A stretch of DNA of 64,000 bases, taken from the NCBI GenBank assembly GCA_964016885.1, contig OZ024762.1, positions 28,396,001 through 28,460,000 on the forward strand, given 5' to 3'. The stretch's first letter is position 1, and each line of letters opens with the position of its first letter. Shown in pieces: positions 1 through 13,959 of the stretch. The notes below the pieces were generated by a model. It searched no databases, had not been told where the DNA came from, and saw nothing but the letters and a program-made list of their open reading frames with translations. The position numbers and the translations under genes are program-made. The DNA comes from Eledone cirrhosa. Taxonomy: Eukaryota.

Positions 1-3000
1 GGTTGGTCTGTAACAAGAAAATAGCTTTTATTATGTATTGGGTTGGTGTGTAAGAAGACAGTAGCTTTTATTAAATATTAGGTTGGTGTGTAACAAGACA
101 GTAGCTTTCATTAAATATTAGGTTGGTCTGTAACAAGATAGTAGTTTTTATTGTATATTGGGTTGGCGTGTAACAAGACAGTAGCTTTTATTAAATATTG
201 GATTGCTACGTAACAAGACAGTAGCTTTTATTAAATATTAGGTTTGTCTGTAAGAAGACAGTAGCTTTTATTCAATCTTGCGTTGGTGTGTAACAAGACA
301 GTAGCTTTTATTAAATATTGGGTTGGTCTGTAACAAGACAATAGCTTTTATTATATATTGGGTTGGTCTGTAACAAGACGGTAGCTTTTATTCAATATTG
401 GGTTGGCGTGTTACAAGACAGTAGCTTTTATTCAATATTGGGTTGGTGTGTAACTAGACAGTAGCTTTTATTAAATATTAGGTTGGTCTGTAACAAGACA
501 ATAGCTTTTATTAAATATTGGGTTGGTCTGTAACAAGACAGTAGCTTTTATTAAATATTAGGTTTGTCTGTAACAAGACGGTAGCTTTTATTCAATATTC
601 GGTTTGTGTGTAGCTTTTATTAAATATTAGGTTGGTCTGTAACAAGACAATAGCTTTTATCAAATATTGGGTTGGTGTGTAACAAGACAGTAGCCTTTAG
701 TAAATATTAGGTACGTCTGTAACAAGACGGTAGCTTTTATTCAATATTCGGTTGGTTACAACAAGACAGTAGCTTTTATTAAGTATTAGGTTGGTCTGTA
801 ACAAGACAGTAGCTTTTATTAAATATTGGTTTGGTGTGTAACAAGACAGTAGCTTTTATTCAATATTAGGTTGGTGTTTAACAAGACAGTAGCTTTTATT
901 AAATATTAGGTTGATGTGTAACAAGAAAGTAGCTTTTATTAAATATTAGGTTGGTCTGTAATAAGACAATAGCTTTCATTATATATAGGTATGGTGTGTA
1001 ACAAGACAGTAGCTTTTATTCAATATTAGGTTGTTGTGTAACAAGACAGTAGCTTTTATTCAATATTAGGTTGGTCTGTAACAAGACAGTAGCTTTCATT
1101 ATATATTGGGTTGGTGTGTAACAAGACAGTAGCTTTTATTAACTATTAGGTTGGTCTGTAACAAGACAGTAGCTTTTATTAAATATTGGGTTGGTGTGTA
1201 ACAAGACAGTAGCTTTTATTAAATATTAGGTTGGTCTGTAATAAGACAATAGCTTTCATAATATATTGGGTTGGTGTGTAAAAAGACAGTGGCTTTTATT
1301 CAATATTAGGTTCGGCTGTAACAAGACAGTAGCTTTTATTCAATATTGGGTTGGTGTGTAACAAGACAGTAGCTTGTATTCAATATTAGGTTGGTGTGTA
1401 ACAAGACAGTAGCTTTTATTAAATATTGGGTTTGTGTGTAACAAGACAGTAGCTTTGATTAAATATTAGGTTTGTGTGTAACAAGACTAGCTTTTATTAA
1501 ATATTAGGTTGGTGTGTAACAAGACAGTAGCTTTTATTAAATATTAGGTTTGTGTGTAAATAGACAGTAGCTTTTATTAAATATTAGGCTGGTCTCTAAC
1601 AAGATAGTAGCTTATATTATATATTGGGTTGGGGTTTAACAAGACAGTAGTTTTATTAAATATTAGGTTGGTCTGTAACAAGACGGTAGCTTTTATTCAA
1701 TATTCGTTTGGTGTGTAACAAGACAGTAGCTGTTATTAAGTATTAGATTTGTCTGTAAAAAGACAGTAGCTTTTATTAAATATTTGGTTCGTGTGTAAGA
1801 AGACAGTAACTTTTATTAAATATTAGGTTTGTCTGTAACAAGACAGTAGCTTTTATTCAATATTGGGTTGGTGTGTAACAAGACAGTAGCTTGTATTCAA
1901 TATTAGGTTGGTCTGTAACAAGACAGTAGCTTTTATTAAATAATATGTTGGTCTGTAACAAGAAAATATCTTTTATTATGTATTGGGTTGGTGTGTAACA
2001 AGACAGTAGCTTTTATTAAATATTAGGTTTGTGTGTAACTAGACAGTAGCTTTTATTAAATATTAGGTTGGTTTGTAACAAGACGGTAGCTTTTATTAGA
2101 TATTAGGTTGGTCTGTAACGAGACAGTAGCTTTTATTAAATATTGGGTTCGTGTGTAACAAGACAGTAGCTTTTATTAAATAATATGTTGGTCTGTAACA
2201 ATATAGTAGCTTTTATTATATATTGGGTTGGCGTGTAACAAGACAGTAGTTTTATTAAATATTGGGTTTGTGTGTAACAAGACAGTAGCTTTTATTAAAT
2301 ATTGAGTTGGTGTGTAACAAGACAGTAGTTTCATTAAATATTTGGTTGGTGTGTAACAAGACAGTAGCTTTTATTAAATATTAGGTTTGTCTGTAACAAG
2401 ACGGTAGCTTTTATTCAATATTCGGTTGGTTACAACAAGACAGTAGCTTTTATTAAGTATTAGGTTGGTCTGTAACAAGACAGTAGCTTTTATTAAATAT
2501 TGGTTTGGTGTGTAACAAGACAGTAGCTTTTATTCAATATTAGGTTGGTGTTTAACAAGACAGTAGCTTTTATTAAATATAAGGTTGATGTTTAACAAGA
2601 AAGTAGATTTTATTAAATATTAGGTTGGTCTGTAATAAGACAATAGCTTTCATTATATATTGGGTTGGTGTGTAACAAGACAGTAGATTTTATTCAATAT
2701 TAGGTTGTTGTGTAACAAGACAGTAGCTTTTATTCAATATTGGGTTGGTGTGTAACAAGACAGTAGCTTGTATTCAATATTAGGTTGGTCTGTAACAAGA
2801 CAGTAGCTTTCATTATATATTGGGTTGGTGTGTAACAAGACAGTAGCTTTTATTAAATATTGCGTTGGTGTGAAACAAGACAGTAGCTTTTATTAAATAT
2901 TAGGTTGGTCTGTAATAAGACAATAGCTTTCATTATATATTGGGTTGGTGTGTAACAAACAGTAGCCTTTATTCTATATTAGGTTTGTCTGTAACAAGAC

Positions 3001-5319
3001 AGTAGCTTTTATTCAATATTGGGTTGGTCTGTAACAAGACAGTAGCTTTGATTAAATATTAGGTTTGTGTGTAACAAGACTAGCTTTTATTAAATATTAG
3101 GTTGGTGTGTAACAAGACAGTAGCTTTTATCAAATATTATGTTGGTCTGTAACAAGACAATAGCTCTTATTAAATATTGGGTTGGTGTGTAACAAGAAAA
3201 TAGCTTTTATTATGTATTGGGTTGGTGTGTAAGAAGACAGTAGCTTTTATTAAATATTAGGTTGGTGTGTAACAAGACAGTAGCTTTCATTAAATATTAG
3301 GTTTGTCTGTAACAAGACAGTGGCTTTTATTCAATCTTGGGTTGGTGTGTAACAAGACAGTAGCTTTTATTAAATATTGGGTTGGTCTGTAACAAGACAA
3401 TAGCTTTTATTATATATTGGGTTGGTCTGTAACAAGACAGTAGCTTTTATTCAATATTGGGTTGGTGTGTAACAAGACAGTAGCTTGTATTCAATATTAG
3501 GTTGGTCTGTAACAAGACAGTAGCTTTTATTAAATATTGGGTTGGTGTGTAACAAGACAGTAGCTTTGATTAAATATTAGGTTTGTGTGTAACAAGACTA
3601 GCTATTATTAAATATTAGGTTGGTGTGTAACAAGACAGTAGCTTTTATTAAATATTAGGTTTGTGTGTAAATAGACAGTAGCTTTTATTAAATATTAGGT
3701 TGGTCTGTAACAAGATAGTAGCTTATATTATATATTGGGTTGGGGTGTAACAAGACAGTAGCTTTTATACTATATTAGGTTTGTCTGTAACAAGACAGTA
3801 GCTTTTATTCAATATTGGGTTGGTGTGTTACAAGACAGTAGCTTGTATTCAATATTAGGTTGGTCTGTAACAAGACAGTTTCTTTGATTAAATATTAGAT
3901 TTGTGTGTAACAAGACTAGCTTTTATTAAATATTAGGTTGGTGTGTAACAAGACAGTAGCATTTATTAAATATTATCTTGGTCTGTAACAAGACAATAGC
4001 TCTTATTAGATATTGGGTTGGTCCGTAACAAGAAAATAGCTTTTATTATGTATTGGGTTGGTGTGTAAGAAGACAGTAGCTTTTATTAAATATTAGGTTG
4101 GTGTGTAACAAGACAGTAGCTTTCATTAAATATTAGGTTGGTCTGTAACAAGATAGTAGCTTTTATTATATATTGGGTTGGTGTGTAACAAGACGGTAGC
4201 TTTTATTAAATATTGGATTGGTATGTAACAAGACAGTAGCTTTTATTAAATATTAGGTTTGTCTGTAACAAGACAGTAGCTTTTATTCAATCTTGGGTTG
4301 GTGTGTAACAAGACAGTAGCTTTTATTAAATATTGGGTTGGTCTGTAACAAGACAGTAGCTTTTATTCAATATTGTGTTGGCGTGTAACAAGACAGTAGC
4401 TTTCATTCAATATTCGGTTGGTGTGTAACAAGACAGTAGCTTTCATTAAATATTGGGTTCGTACGTAACAAGTCAGTAGCTTTTATTAAATAATATGTTG
4501 GTCTGTAACAAGAAAATATCTTTTATTATGTATTGGGTTGGTGTGTAACAAGACAGTAGCTTTTATTAAATATTAGGTTTGTGTGTAACTAGACAGTAGC
4601 TTTTATTACATATTAGGTTGGTGTGTAACAAGACGGTAGCTTTTATTAAATATTAGGTTGGTCTGTAACAAGATAGTAGCTTTTATTATATACTGGGTTG
4701 GCGTGTAACAAGACAGTAGTTTTAATAAATATTGGGTTTGTGTGTAACAAGACAGTAGCTTTTAATAAATATTTGGTTTGTGTGTAACAAGACAGTAGCT
4801 TTTATTAAATATTAGGTTGGTGTGTAACAAGACAGTAGTTTTATTAAATATTTGGTTGGTGTGTAACAAGACAGTAGCTTTTATTAAATATTAGGTTTGT
4901 CTGTAACAAGACTGTAGCCTTTATTCAATATTCGGTTGGTGTGTAGCTTTTATTAAATATTTAGGTTGGTCCGTAACAAGACAATAGCTTTTATCAAATA
5001 TTGGGTTGGTGTGTAACAAGACAGTAGCTTTTAGTAAATATTAGGTTCGTCTGTAACAAGACGGTAGCTTTTATTAAATATTGGTTTGGTGTGTAACAAG
5101 ACAGTAGCTTTTATTCAATATTAGGTTGGTGTTAAACAAGACAGTAGCTTTTATTAAATATTAGGTTGATGTGTAACAAAAAAGTAGCTTTTATTAAATA
5201 TTAGGTTGGTCTGTAATAAGACAATAGCTTTCATTTTATATTGGGTTGGTATGTAACAAGACAGTAGCTTTTATTCAATATTAGGTTGTTGTGTAACAAG
5301 ACAGTAGCTTTTATTCAAT

Positions 5320-8300
5320 ATTGGATTGGTGTGTAACAAGACAGTAGCTTGTATTCAATATTAGGTTGGTCTGTAACAAGACAGTAGCTTGCATTATATA
5401 TTGGGTTGGTGTGTAACAAGACAGTAGCTTTTATTAAATATTAGGTTGGTCTGTAACAAGACAGTAGCTTTTATTAAATATTGGGTTGGTGTGTAACAAG
5501 ACAGTAGCTTTTATTAAATATTAGTTTGGTATGTAATAAGACAATAGCTTTCATAATATATTGGATTGGTGTGTAAAAAGACAGTAGCTTTTATTCAATA
5601 TTATGTTCGTCTGTAACAAGACAGTAGCTTTAATTCAATATTGGGTTGGTGTGTAACAAGACAGTAGCTTGTATTCAATATTAGGTTGGTCTGTAACAAG
5701 ACAGTAGCTTTTATTAAATATTGGGTTGGTGTGTAACAAGACAGTAGCTTTGATTAAATATTAGGTTTGTGTGTAACAAGACTAGCTTTTATTAAATATT
5801 AGGTTGGTGTGTAACAAGACAGTAGATTTTATTAAATATTAGGTTTGTGTGTAAATAGACAGTAGCTTTTATTAAATATTAGATTGGTCTGTAACAAGAT
5901 AGTAGCTTATATTATATATTGGGTTGGGGTGTAACAAGACAGTAGCTTTCATAATATATTGGGTTGGTGTGTAAAAAGACAGTAGCTTTTATTCAATATT
6001 AGGTTCGTCTGTAACAAAACAGTAGCTTTTATTCAATATTGGGTTGGTGTGTAACAAGACAGTAGCTTGTATTCAATATTAGGTTGGTCTGTAACAAGAC
6101 AGTAGCTTTCATTATATATTGGGTTGGTGTGTAACAAGACAGTAGCTTTTATTAAATATTAGGTTGGTCTGTAATAAGAGAATAGCTTTCGTAATATATT
6201 GGGTTGGTGTGTAAAAAGACAGTAGCTTTTATTCAATATTAGGTTCGTCTGTAACAAGACAGTAGCTTTTATTCAATATTGGGTTGGTGTGTAACAAGAC
6301 AGTAGCTTGTATTCAATATTAGGTTGGTCTGTAACAAGACAGTAGCTTTTATTAAATATTGGGTTGGTGTGTAACAAGACAGTAGCTTTGATTAAATATT
6401 AGGTTTGTGTGTAACAAGACTAGCTTTTATTAAATATTAGGTTGGTGTGTAACAAGACAGTAGCTTTTATTAAATATTAGGTTTGTGTGTAAATAGACAG
6501 TAGCTTTTATTAAATATTAGGTTGGTCTGTAACAAGATAGTAGCTTATATTATATATTGGGTTGGGGTGTAACAAGACAGTAGCTTTTATACTATATTAG
6601 GTTTGTCTGTAACAAGACAATATTGGGTTGGTGTGTTACAAGACAGTAGCTTGTATTCAATATTAGGTTGGTCTGTAACAAGACAGTAGCTTTGATTAAA
6701 TATTAGATTTGTGTGTAACAAGACTAGCTTTTATTAAATATTAGGTTGGTGTGTAACAAGACAGTAGCATTTATTAAATATTATCTTGGTCTGTAACAAG
6801 ACAATAGCTCTTATTAGATATTGGGTTGGTCCGTAACAAGAAAATAGCTTTTATTATGTATTGGGTTGGTGTGTAAGAAGACAGTAGCTTTTAGTAAATA
6901 TTAGGTTGGTGTGTAACAAGACAGTTGCTTTCATTAAATATTAGGTTGGTCTGTAACAAGATAGTAGTTTTTATTGTATATTGGGTTGGCGTGTAACAAG
7001 ACGGTAGCTTTTATTAAATATTGGATTGGTATGTAACAAGACAGTAGCTTTTATTAAATATTAGGTTTGTCTGTAACAAGACAGTAGCTTTTATTCAATC
7101 TTGGGTTGGTGTGTAACAAGACAGTAGCTTTTATTAAATATTGGGTTGGTCTGTAACAAGACAATAGCTTTTATTATATATTGGGTTGGTCTGTAACAAG
7201 ACAGTAGCTTTTATTCAATATTGGGTTGGCGTGTAACAAGACAGTAGCTTTTATTCAATATTCGGTTGGTGTGTAACAAGACAGTAGCTTTTATTAAATA
7301 TTGGGTTCGTGCGTAACAAGACAGTAGCTTTTATTAAATAATATGTTGGTCTGTAACAAGAAAATATCTTTTATTATGTATTGGGTTGGTGTGTAACAAG
7401 ACAGTAGCTTTTATTAAATATTAGGTTTGTGTGTAACTAGACAGTAGCTTTTATTACATATTAGGTTGGTGTGTAACAAGACGGTAGCTTTTATTCAATA
7501 TTCGTTTGGTGTGTAACAAGACAGTAGCTTTTATTAAATATTAGGTTGGTCTGTAACAAGACAGTAGCTTTTATTAAATATTGGGTTCGTGTGTAACAAG
7601 ACAGTAGCTTTTATTAAATAATATGTTGGTCTGTAACAAGATAGTAGCTTTTATTATATACTGGGTTGGCGTGTAACAAGACAGTAGTTTTAATAAATAT
7701 TGGGTTTGTGTGTAACAAGACAGTAGCTTTTATTAAATATTGGGTTTGTGTGTAACAAGACAGTAGCCTTTATTCAATATTCGGTTGGTGTGTAGCTTTT
7801 ATTAAATATTTAGGTTGGTCTGTAACAAGACAATAGCTTTTATCAAATATTGGGTTGGTGTGTAACAAGACAGTAGCTTTTAGTAAATATTAGGTTCGTC
7901 TGTAACAAGACGGTAGCTTTTATTCAATATTCGGTTGGTTACAACAAGACAGTAGCTTTTATTAAGTATTAGGTTGGTCTGTAACAAGACAGTAGCTTTT
8001 ATTAAATATTGGTTTGGTGTGTAACAAGACAGTAGCTTTTATTCAATATTAGGTTGGTGTTAAACAAGACAGTAGCTTTTATTAAATATTAGGTTGATGT
8101 GTAACAAGAAAGTAGCTTTTATTAAATATTAGGTTGGTCTGTAATAAGACAATAGCTTTCATTTTATATTGGGTTCGTATGTAACAAGACGGTAGCTTTT
8201 ATTAAATATTGGATTGGTATGTAACAAGACAGTAGCTTTTATTCAATATTGGATTGGTGTGTAACAAGACAGTAGCTTGTATTCAATATTGGATTGGTGT

Positions 8301-11300
8301 GTAACAAGACAGTAGCTTGTATTCAATATTAGGTTGGTCTGTAACAAGACAGTAGCTTGCATTATATATTGGGTTGGTGTGTAACAAGACAGTAGCTTTT
8401 ATTAAATATTAGGTTGGTCTGTAACAAGACAGTAGCTTTTATTAAATATTGGGTTGGTGTGTAACAAGACAGTAGCTTTTATTAAATATTAGTTTGGTAT
8501 GTAATAAGACAATAGCTTTCATAATATATTGGATTGGTGTGTAAAAAGACAGTAGCTTTTATTCAATATTATGTTCGTCTGTAACAAGACAGTAGCTTTA
8601 ATTCAATATTGGGTTGGTGTGTAACAAGACAGTAGCTTGTATTCAATATTAGGTTGGTCTGTAACAAGACAGTAGCTTTTATTAAATATTGGGTTGGTGT
8701 GTAACAAGACAGTAGCTTTGATTAAATATTAGGTTTGTGTGTAACAAGACTAGCTTTTATTAAATATTAGGTTGGTGTGTAACAAGACAGTAGATTTTAT
8801 TAAATATTAGGTTTGTGTGTAAATAGACAGTAGCTTTTATTAAATATTAGATTGGTCTGTAACAAGATAGTAGCTTATATTATATATTGGGTTGGGGTGT
8901 AACAAGACAGTAGCTTTCATAATATATTGGGTTGGTGTGTAAAAAGACAGTAGCTTTTATTCAATATTAGGTTCGTCTGTAACAAAGCAGTAGCTTTTAT
9001 TCAATATTGGGTTGGTGTGTAACAAGACAGTAGCTTGTATTCAATATTAGGTTGGTCTGTAACAAGACAGTAGCTTTCATTATATATTGGGTTGGTGTGT
9101 AACAAGACAGTAGCTTTTATTAAATATTAGGTTGGTCTGTAATAAGAGAATAGCTTTCATAAGATATTGGGTTGGTGTGTAAAAAGACAGTAGCTTTTAT
9201 TCAATATTAGGTTCGTCTGTAACAAGACAGTAGCTTTTATTCAATATTGGGTTGGTGTGTAACAAGACAGTAGCTTGTATTCAATATTAGGTTGGTCTGT
9301 AACAAGACAGTAGCTTTTATTAAATATTGGGTTGGTGTGTAACAAGACAGTAGCTTTGATTAAATATTAGGTTTGTGTGTAACAAGACTAGCTTTTATTA
9401 AATATTAGGTTGGTGTGTAACAAGACAGTAGCTTTTATTAAATATTAGGTTTGTGTGTAAATAGACAGTAGCTTTTATTAAATATTAGGTTGGTCTGTAA
9501 CAAGATAGTAGCTTATATTATATATTGGGTTGGGGTGTTACAAGACAGTAGCTTTTATACTATATTAGGTTTGTCTGTAACAAGCCAATATTGGGTTGGT
9601 GTGTTACAAGACAGTAGCTTGTATTCAATATTAGGTTGGTCTGTAACAAGACAGTAGCTTTGATTAAATATTAGATTTGTGTGTAACAAGACTAGCTTTT
9701 ATTAAATATTAGGTTGGTGTGTAACAAGACAGTAGCATTTATTAAATATTATCTTGGTCTGTAACAAGACAATAGCTCTTATTAGATATTGGGTTGGTCC
9801 GTAACAAGAAAATAGCTTTTATTATGTATTGGGTTGGTGTGTAAGAAGACAGTAGCTTTTAGTAAATATTAGGTTGGTGTGTAACAAGACAGTTGCTTTC
9901 ATTAAATATTAGGTTGGTCTGTAACAAGATAGTAGTTTTTATTGTATATTGGGTTGGCGTGTAACAAGACGGTAGCTTTTATTAAATATTGGATTGGTAT
10001 GTAACAAGACAGTAGCTTTTATTAAATATTAGGTTTGTCTGTAACAAGACAGTAGCTTTTATTCAATCTTGGGTTGGTGTGTAACAAGACAGTAGCTTTT
10101 ATTAAATATTGGGTTGGTCTGTAACAAGACAATAGCTTTTATTATATATTGGGTTGGTCTGTAACAAGACAGTAGCTTTTATTCAATATTGGGTTGGCGT
10201 GTAACAAGACAGTAGCTTTTATTCAATATTCGGTTGGTGTGTAACAAGACAGTAGCTTTTATTAAATATTGGGTTCGTGCGTAACAAGACAGTAGCTTTT
10301 ATTAAATAATATGTTGGTCTGTAACAAGAAAATATCTTTTATTATGTATTGGGTTGGTGTGTAACAAGACAGTAGCTTTTATTAAATATTAGGTTTGTGT
10401 GTAACTAGACAGTAGCTTTTATTACATATTAGGTTGGTGTGTAACAAGACGGTAGCTTTTATTCAATATTCGTTTGGTGTGTAACAAGACAGTAGCTTTT
10501 ATTAAATATTAGGTTGGTCTGTAACAAGACAGTAGCTTTTATTAAATATTGGGTTCGTGTGTAACAAGACAGTAGCTTTTATTAAATAATATGTTGGTCT
10601 GTAACAAGATAGTAGCTTTTATTATATACTGGGTTGGCGTGTAACAAGACAGTAGTTTTAATAAATATTGGGTTTGTGTGTAACAAGACAGTAGCTTTTA
10701 TTAAATATTGGGTTTGTGTGTAACAAGACAGTAGCCTTTATTCAATATTCGGTTGGTGTGTAGCTTTTATTAAATATTTAGGTTGGTCTGTAACAAGACA
10801 ATAGCTTTTATCAAATATTGGGTTGGTGTGTAACAAGACAGTAGCTTTTAGTAAATATTAGGTTCGTCTGTAACAAGACGGTAGCTTTTATTCAATATTC
10901 GGTTGGTTACAACAAGACAGTAGCTTTTATTAAGTATTAGGTTGGTCTGTAACAAGACAGTAGCTTTTATTAAATATTGGTTTGGTGTGTAACAAGACAG
11001 TAGCTTTTATTCAATATTAGGTTGGTGTTAAACAAGACAGTAGCTTTTATTAAATATTAGGTTGATGTGTAACAAGAAAGTAGCTTTTATTAAATATTAG
11101 GTTGGTCTGTAATAAGACAATAGCTTTCATTTTATATTGGGTTCGTATGTAACAAGACGGTAGCTTTTATTAAATATTGGATTGGTATGTAACAAGACAG
11201 TAGCTTTTATTCAATATTGGATTGGTGTGTAACAAGACAGTAGCTTGTATTCAATATTAGGTTGGTCTGTAACAAGACAGTAGCTTGCATTATATATTGG

Positions 11301-11320
11301 GTTGGTGTGTAACAAGACAG
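5320..11320. repeat. Higher-order tandem duplication, 2968-bp period (75 monomers)
   Basis: Rare markers recur at offset 2968: aataagag 6173/9141, the 14-bp-deleted monomer 6613/9581, gttcgtat 8173/11141, ggattgg 5323/8291. The internal indels sum to -32, and 75x40-32=2968. Confidence 0.92.
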
Positions 11321-13959
11321 TAGCTTTTATTCAATATTATGTTCGTCTGTAACAAGACAGTAGCTTTTATTCAATATTGGGTTTGTGTGTAACAAGACAG
11401 TAGCTTGTATTCAATATTAGGTTGGTCTGTAACAAGACAGTAGCTTTTATTAAATATTGGGTTGGTGTGTAACAAGACAGTCGCTTTGATTAAATATTAG
11501 GTTTGTGTGTAACAAGACTAGCTTTTATTAAATATTAGGTTGGTGTGTAACAAGACAGTAGATTTTATTAAATATTAGGTTTGTGTGTAAATAGACAGTA
11601 GCTTTTATTAAATATTAGGTTGGTCTGTAACAAGATAGTAGCTTATATTATATATTGGGTTGGGTTGTAACAAGACAGTAGTTTTATTAAATATTAGGTT
11701 GGTCTGAAACAAGACGGTAGCTTTTATTCAATATTCGTTTGGTGTGTAACAAGACAGTAGCTGTTATTAAGTATTAGATTTGTCTGTAAAAAGACAGTAG
11801 CTTTTATTAAATATTTGGTTCGTGTGTAACAAGACAGTAGCTTGTATTAAATATTAAGTTGGTCTGTAACAAGACGGTAGCTTTTATTCAATATTCGGTT
11901 GGTGTGTAACAAGACAGTAGCTTTTATTCAATATTAGGTTGTTGTGTAACAAGACAGTAGCTTTTATTCAATATTGGGTTGGTGTGTAACAAGACAGTAG
12001 CATGTATTCAATATTAGGTTGGTCTGTAACAAGACAGTAGCTTTCATTATATATTGGGTTGGTGTGTAACAAGACAGTAGCTTCTATTAAATATTGGGTT
12101 GGTGTGAAACAAGACAGTAGCTTTTATTAAATATTAGGTTGGTCTGTAGTAAGACACTAGCTTTCATTATATATTGGGTTGGTGTGTAACAAACAGTAGC
12201 TTTTATTCTATATTAGGTTTGTCTGTAACAAGACAGTAGCTTTTATTCAATATTGGGTTGGTGTGTAACAAGACAGTAGCTTGTATTCAATATTAGGTTG
12301 GTCTGTAACAAGACAGTAGCTTTGATTAAATATTAGGTTTGTGTGTAACAAGACTAGCTTTTATTAAATATTAGGTTGGTGTGTAACAAGACAGTAGCTT
12401 TTATTAAATATTATGTTGGTCTGTAACAAGACAATAGCTCTTATTAAATATTGGGTTGGTCTGTAACAAGAAAATAGCTTTTATTATGCATTGGGTTGGT
12501 GTGTAAGAAGACAGTAGCTTTTATTAAATATTAGGTTGGTGTGTAACAAGACAGTAGCTTTCATTAAATATTAGGTTGGTCTGTAACAAGATAGTAGTTT
12601 TTATTGTATATTGGGTAGGCGTGTAACAAGACAGTAGCTTTTAGTAAATATTGGATTGGTACGTTACAAGACAGTAGCTTTTATTAAATATTAGGTTTGT
12701 CTGTAACAAGACAGTAGCTTTTATTCAATCTTGGGTTGGTGTGTAACAAGACAGTAGCTTTTATTAAATATTGGGTTGGTCTGTAACAAGACAATAGCTT
12801 TTATTATATATTGGGTTGGTCTGTAACAAGACAGTAGCTTTTATTCAATATTGGGTTGGCGTTTAACAAGACAGTAGATTTTATTCAATATTGGGTTGGT
12901 GTGTAACAAGACAGTAGCTTGTATTCAATATTAGGTTGGTCTGTAACAAGACAGTAGCTTTCATTATATATTGGGTTGGTGTGTAAACAGACAGTAGCTT
13001 TTATTAAATATTAGGTTGGTCTGTAATAAGACAGTAGCTTTTATTAAATATTGGGTTGGTGTGTAACAAGACAGTAGCTTTTATTAAATATTAGGTTGGT
13101 CTGTAATAAGACAATAGCTTTCATAATATATTGGGTTAGTGTGTAAAAAGACAGTAGCTTTTATTTAATATTAGGTTCGTCTGTAACAAGACAGTAGCTT
13201 TTATTCAATATTGGGTTGGTGTGTAACAAGACAGTAGCTTGTATTCAATCTTAGGTTGGTCTGTAACAAGACAGTAGCTTTTATTAAATATTGGGTTGGT
13301 GTGTAACAAGACAGTAGCTTTGATTAAATATTAGGTTTGTGTGTAACAAGACTAGCTTTTATTAAATATTAGGTTGGTGTGTAACAAGACAGTAGCTTTT
13401 ATTAAATATTAGGTTTGTGTGTAAATAGACAGTAGCTTTTATTAAATATTAGGTTGGTCTGTAACAAGATTGTAGCTTATATTATATATTGGGTTGGGGT
13501 GTAACAAGACAGTAGCTTTTATACTATATTAGGTTTGTCTGTAACAAGACAGTAGCTTTTATTCAATATTGGGTTGGTGTGTAACAAGACAGTAGCTTGT
13601 ATTCAATATTAGGTTGGTCTGTAACAAGACAGTAGCTTTGATTAAATATTAGGTTTGTGTGTAACAAGACTAGCTTTTATTAAATATTAGGTTGGTGTGT
13701 AACAAGACAGTAGCTTTTATTAAATATTATGTTGGTCTGTAACAAGACAATAGCTGTTATTAAATATTGGGTTGGTCTGTATCAAGAAAATAGCTTTTAT
13801 TATGTATTGGGTTGGTGTGTAAGAAGACAGTAGCTTTTATTAAATATTAGGTTGGTGTGTAACAAGACAGTAGCTTTCATTAAATATTAGGTTGGTCTGT
13901 AACAAGATAGTAGTTTTTATTGTATATTGGGTTGGCGTGTAACAAGACAGTAGCTTTTA

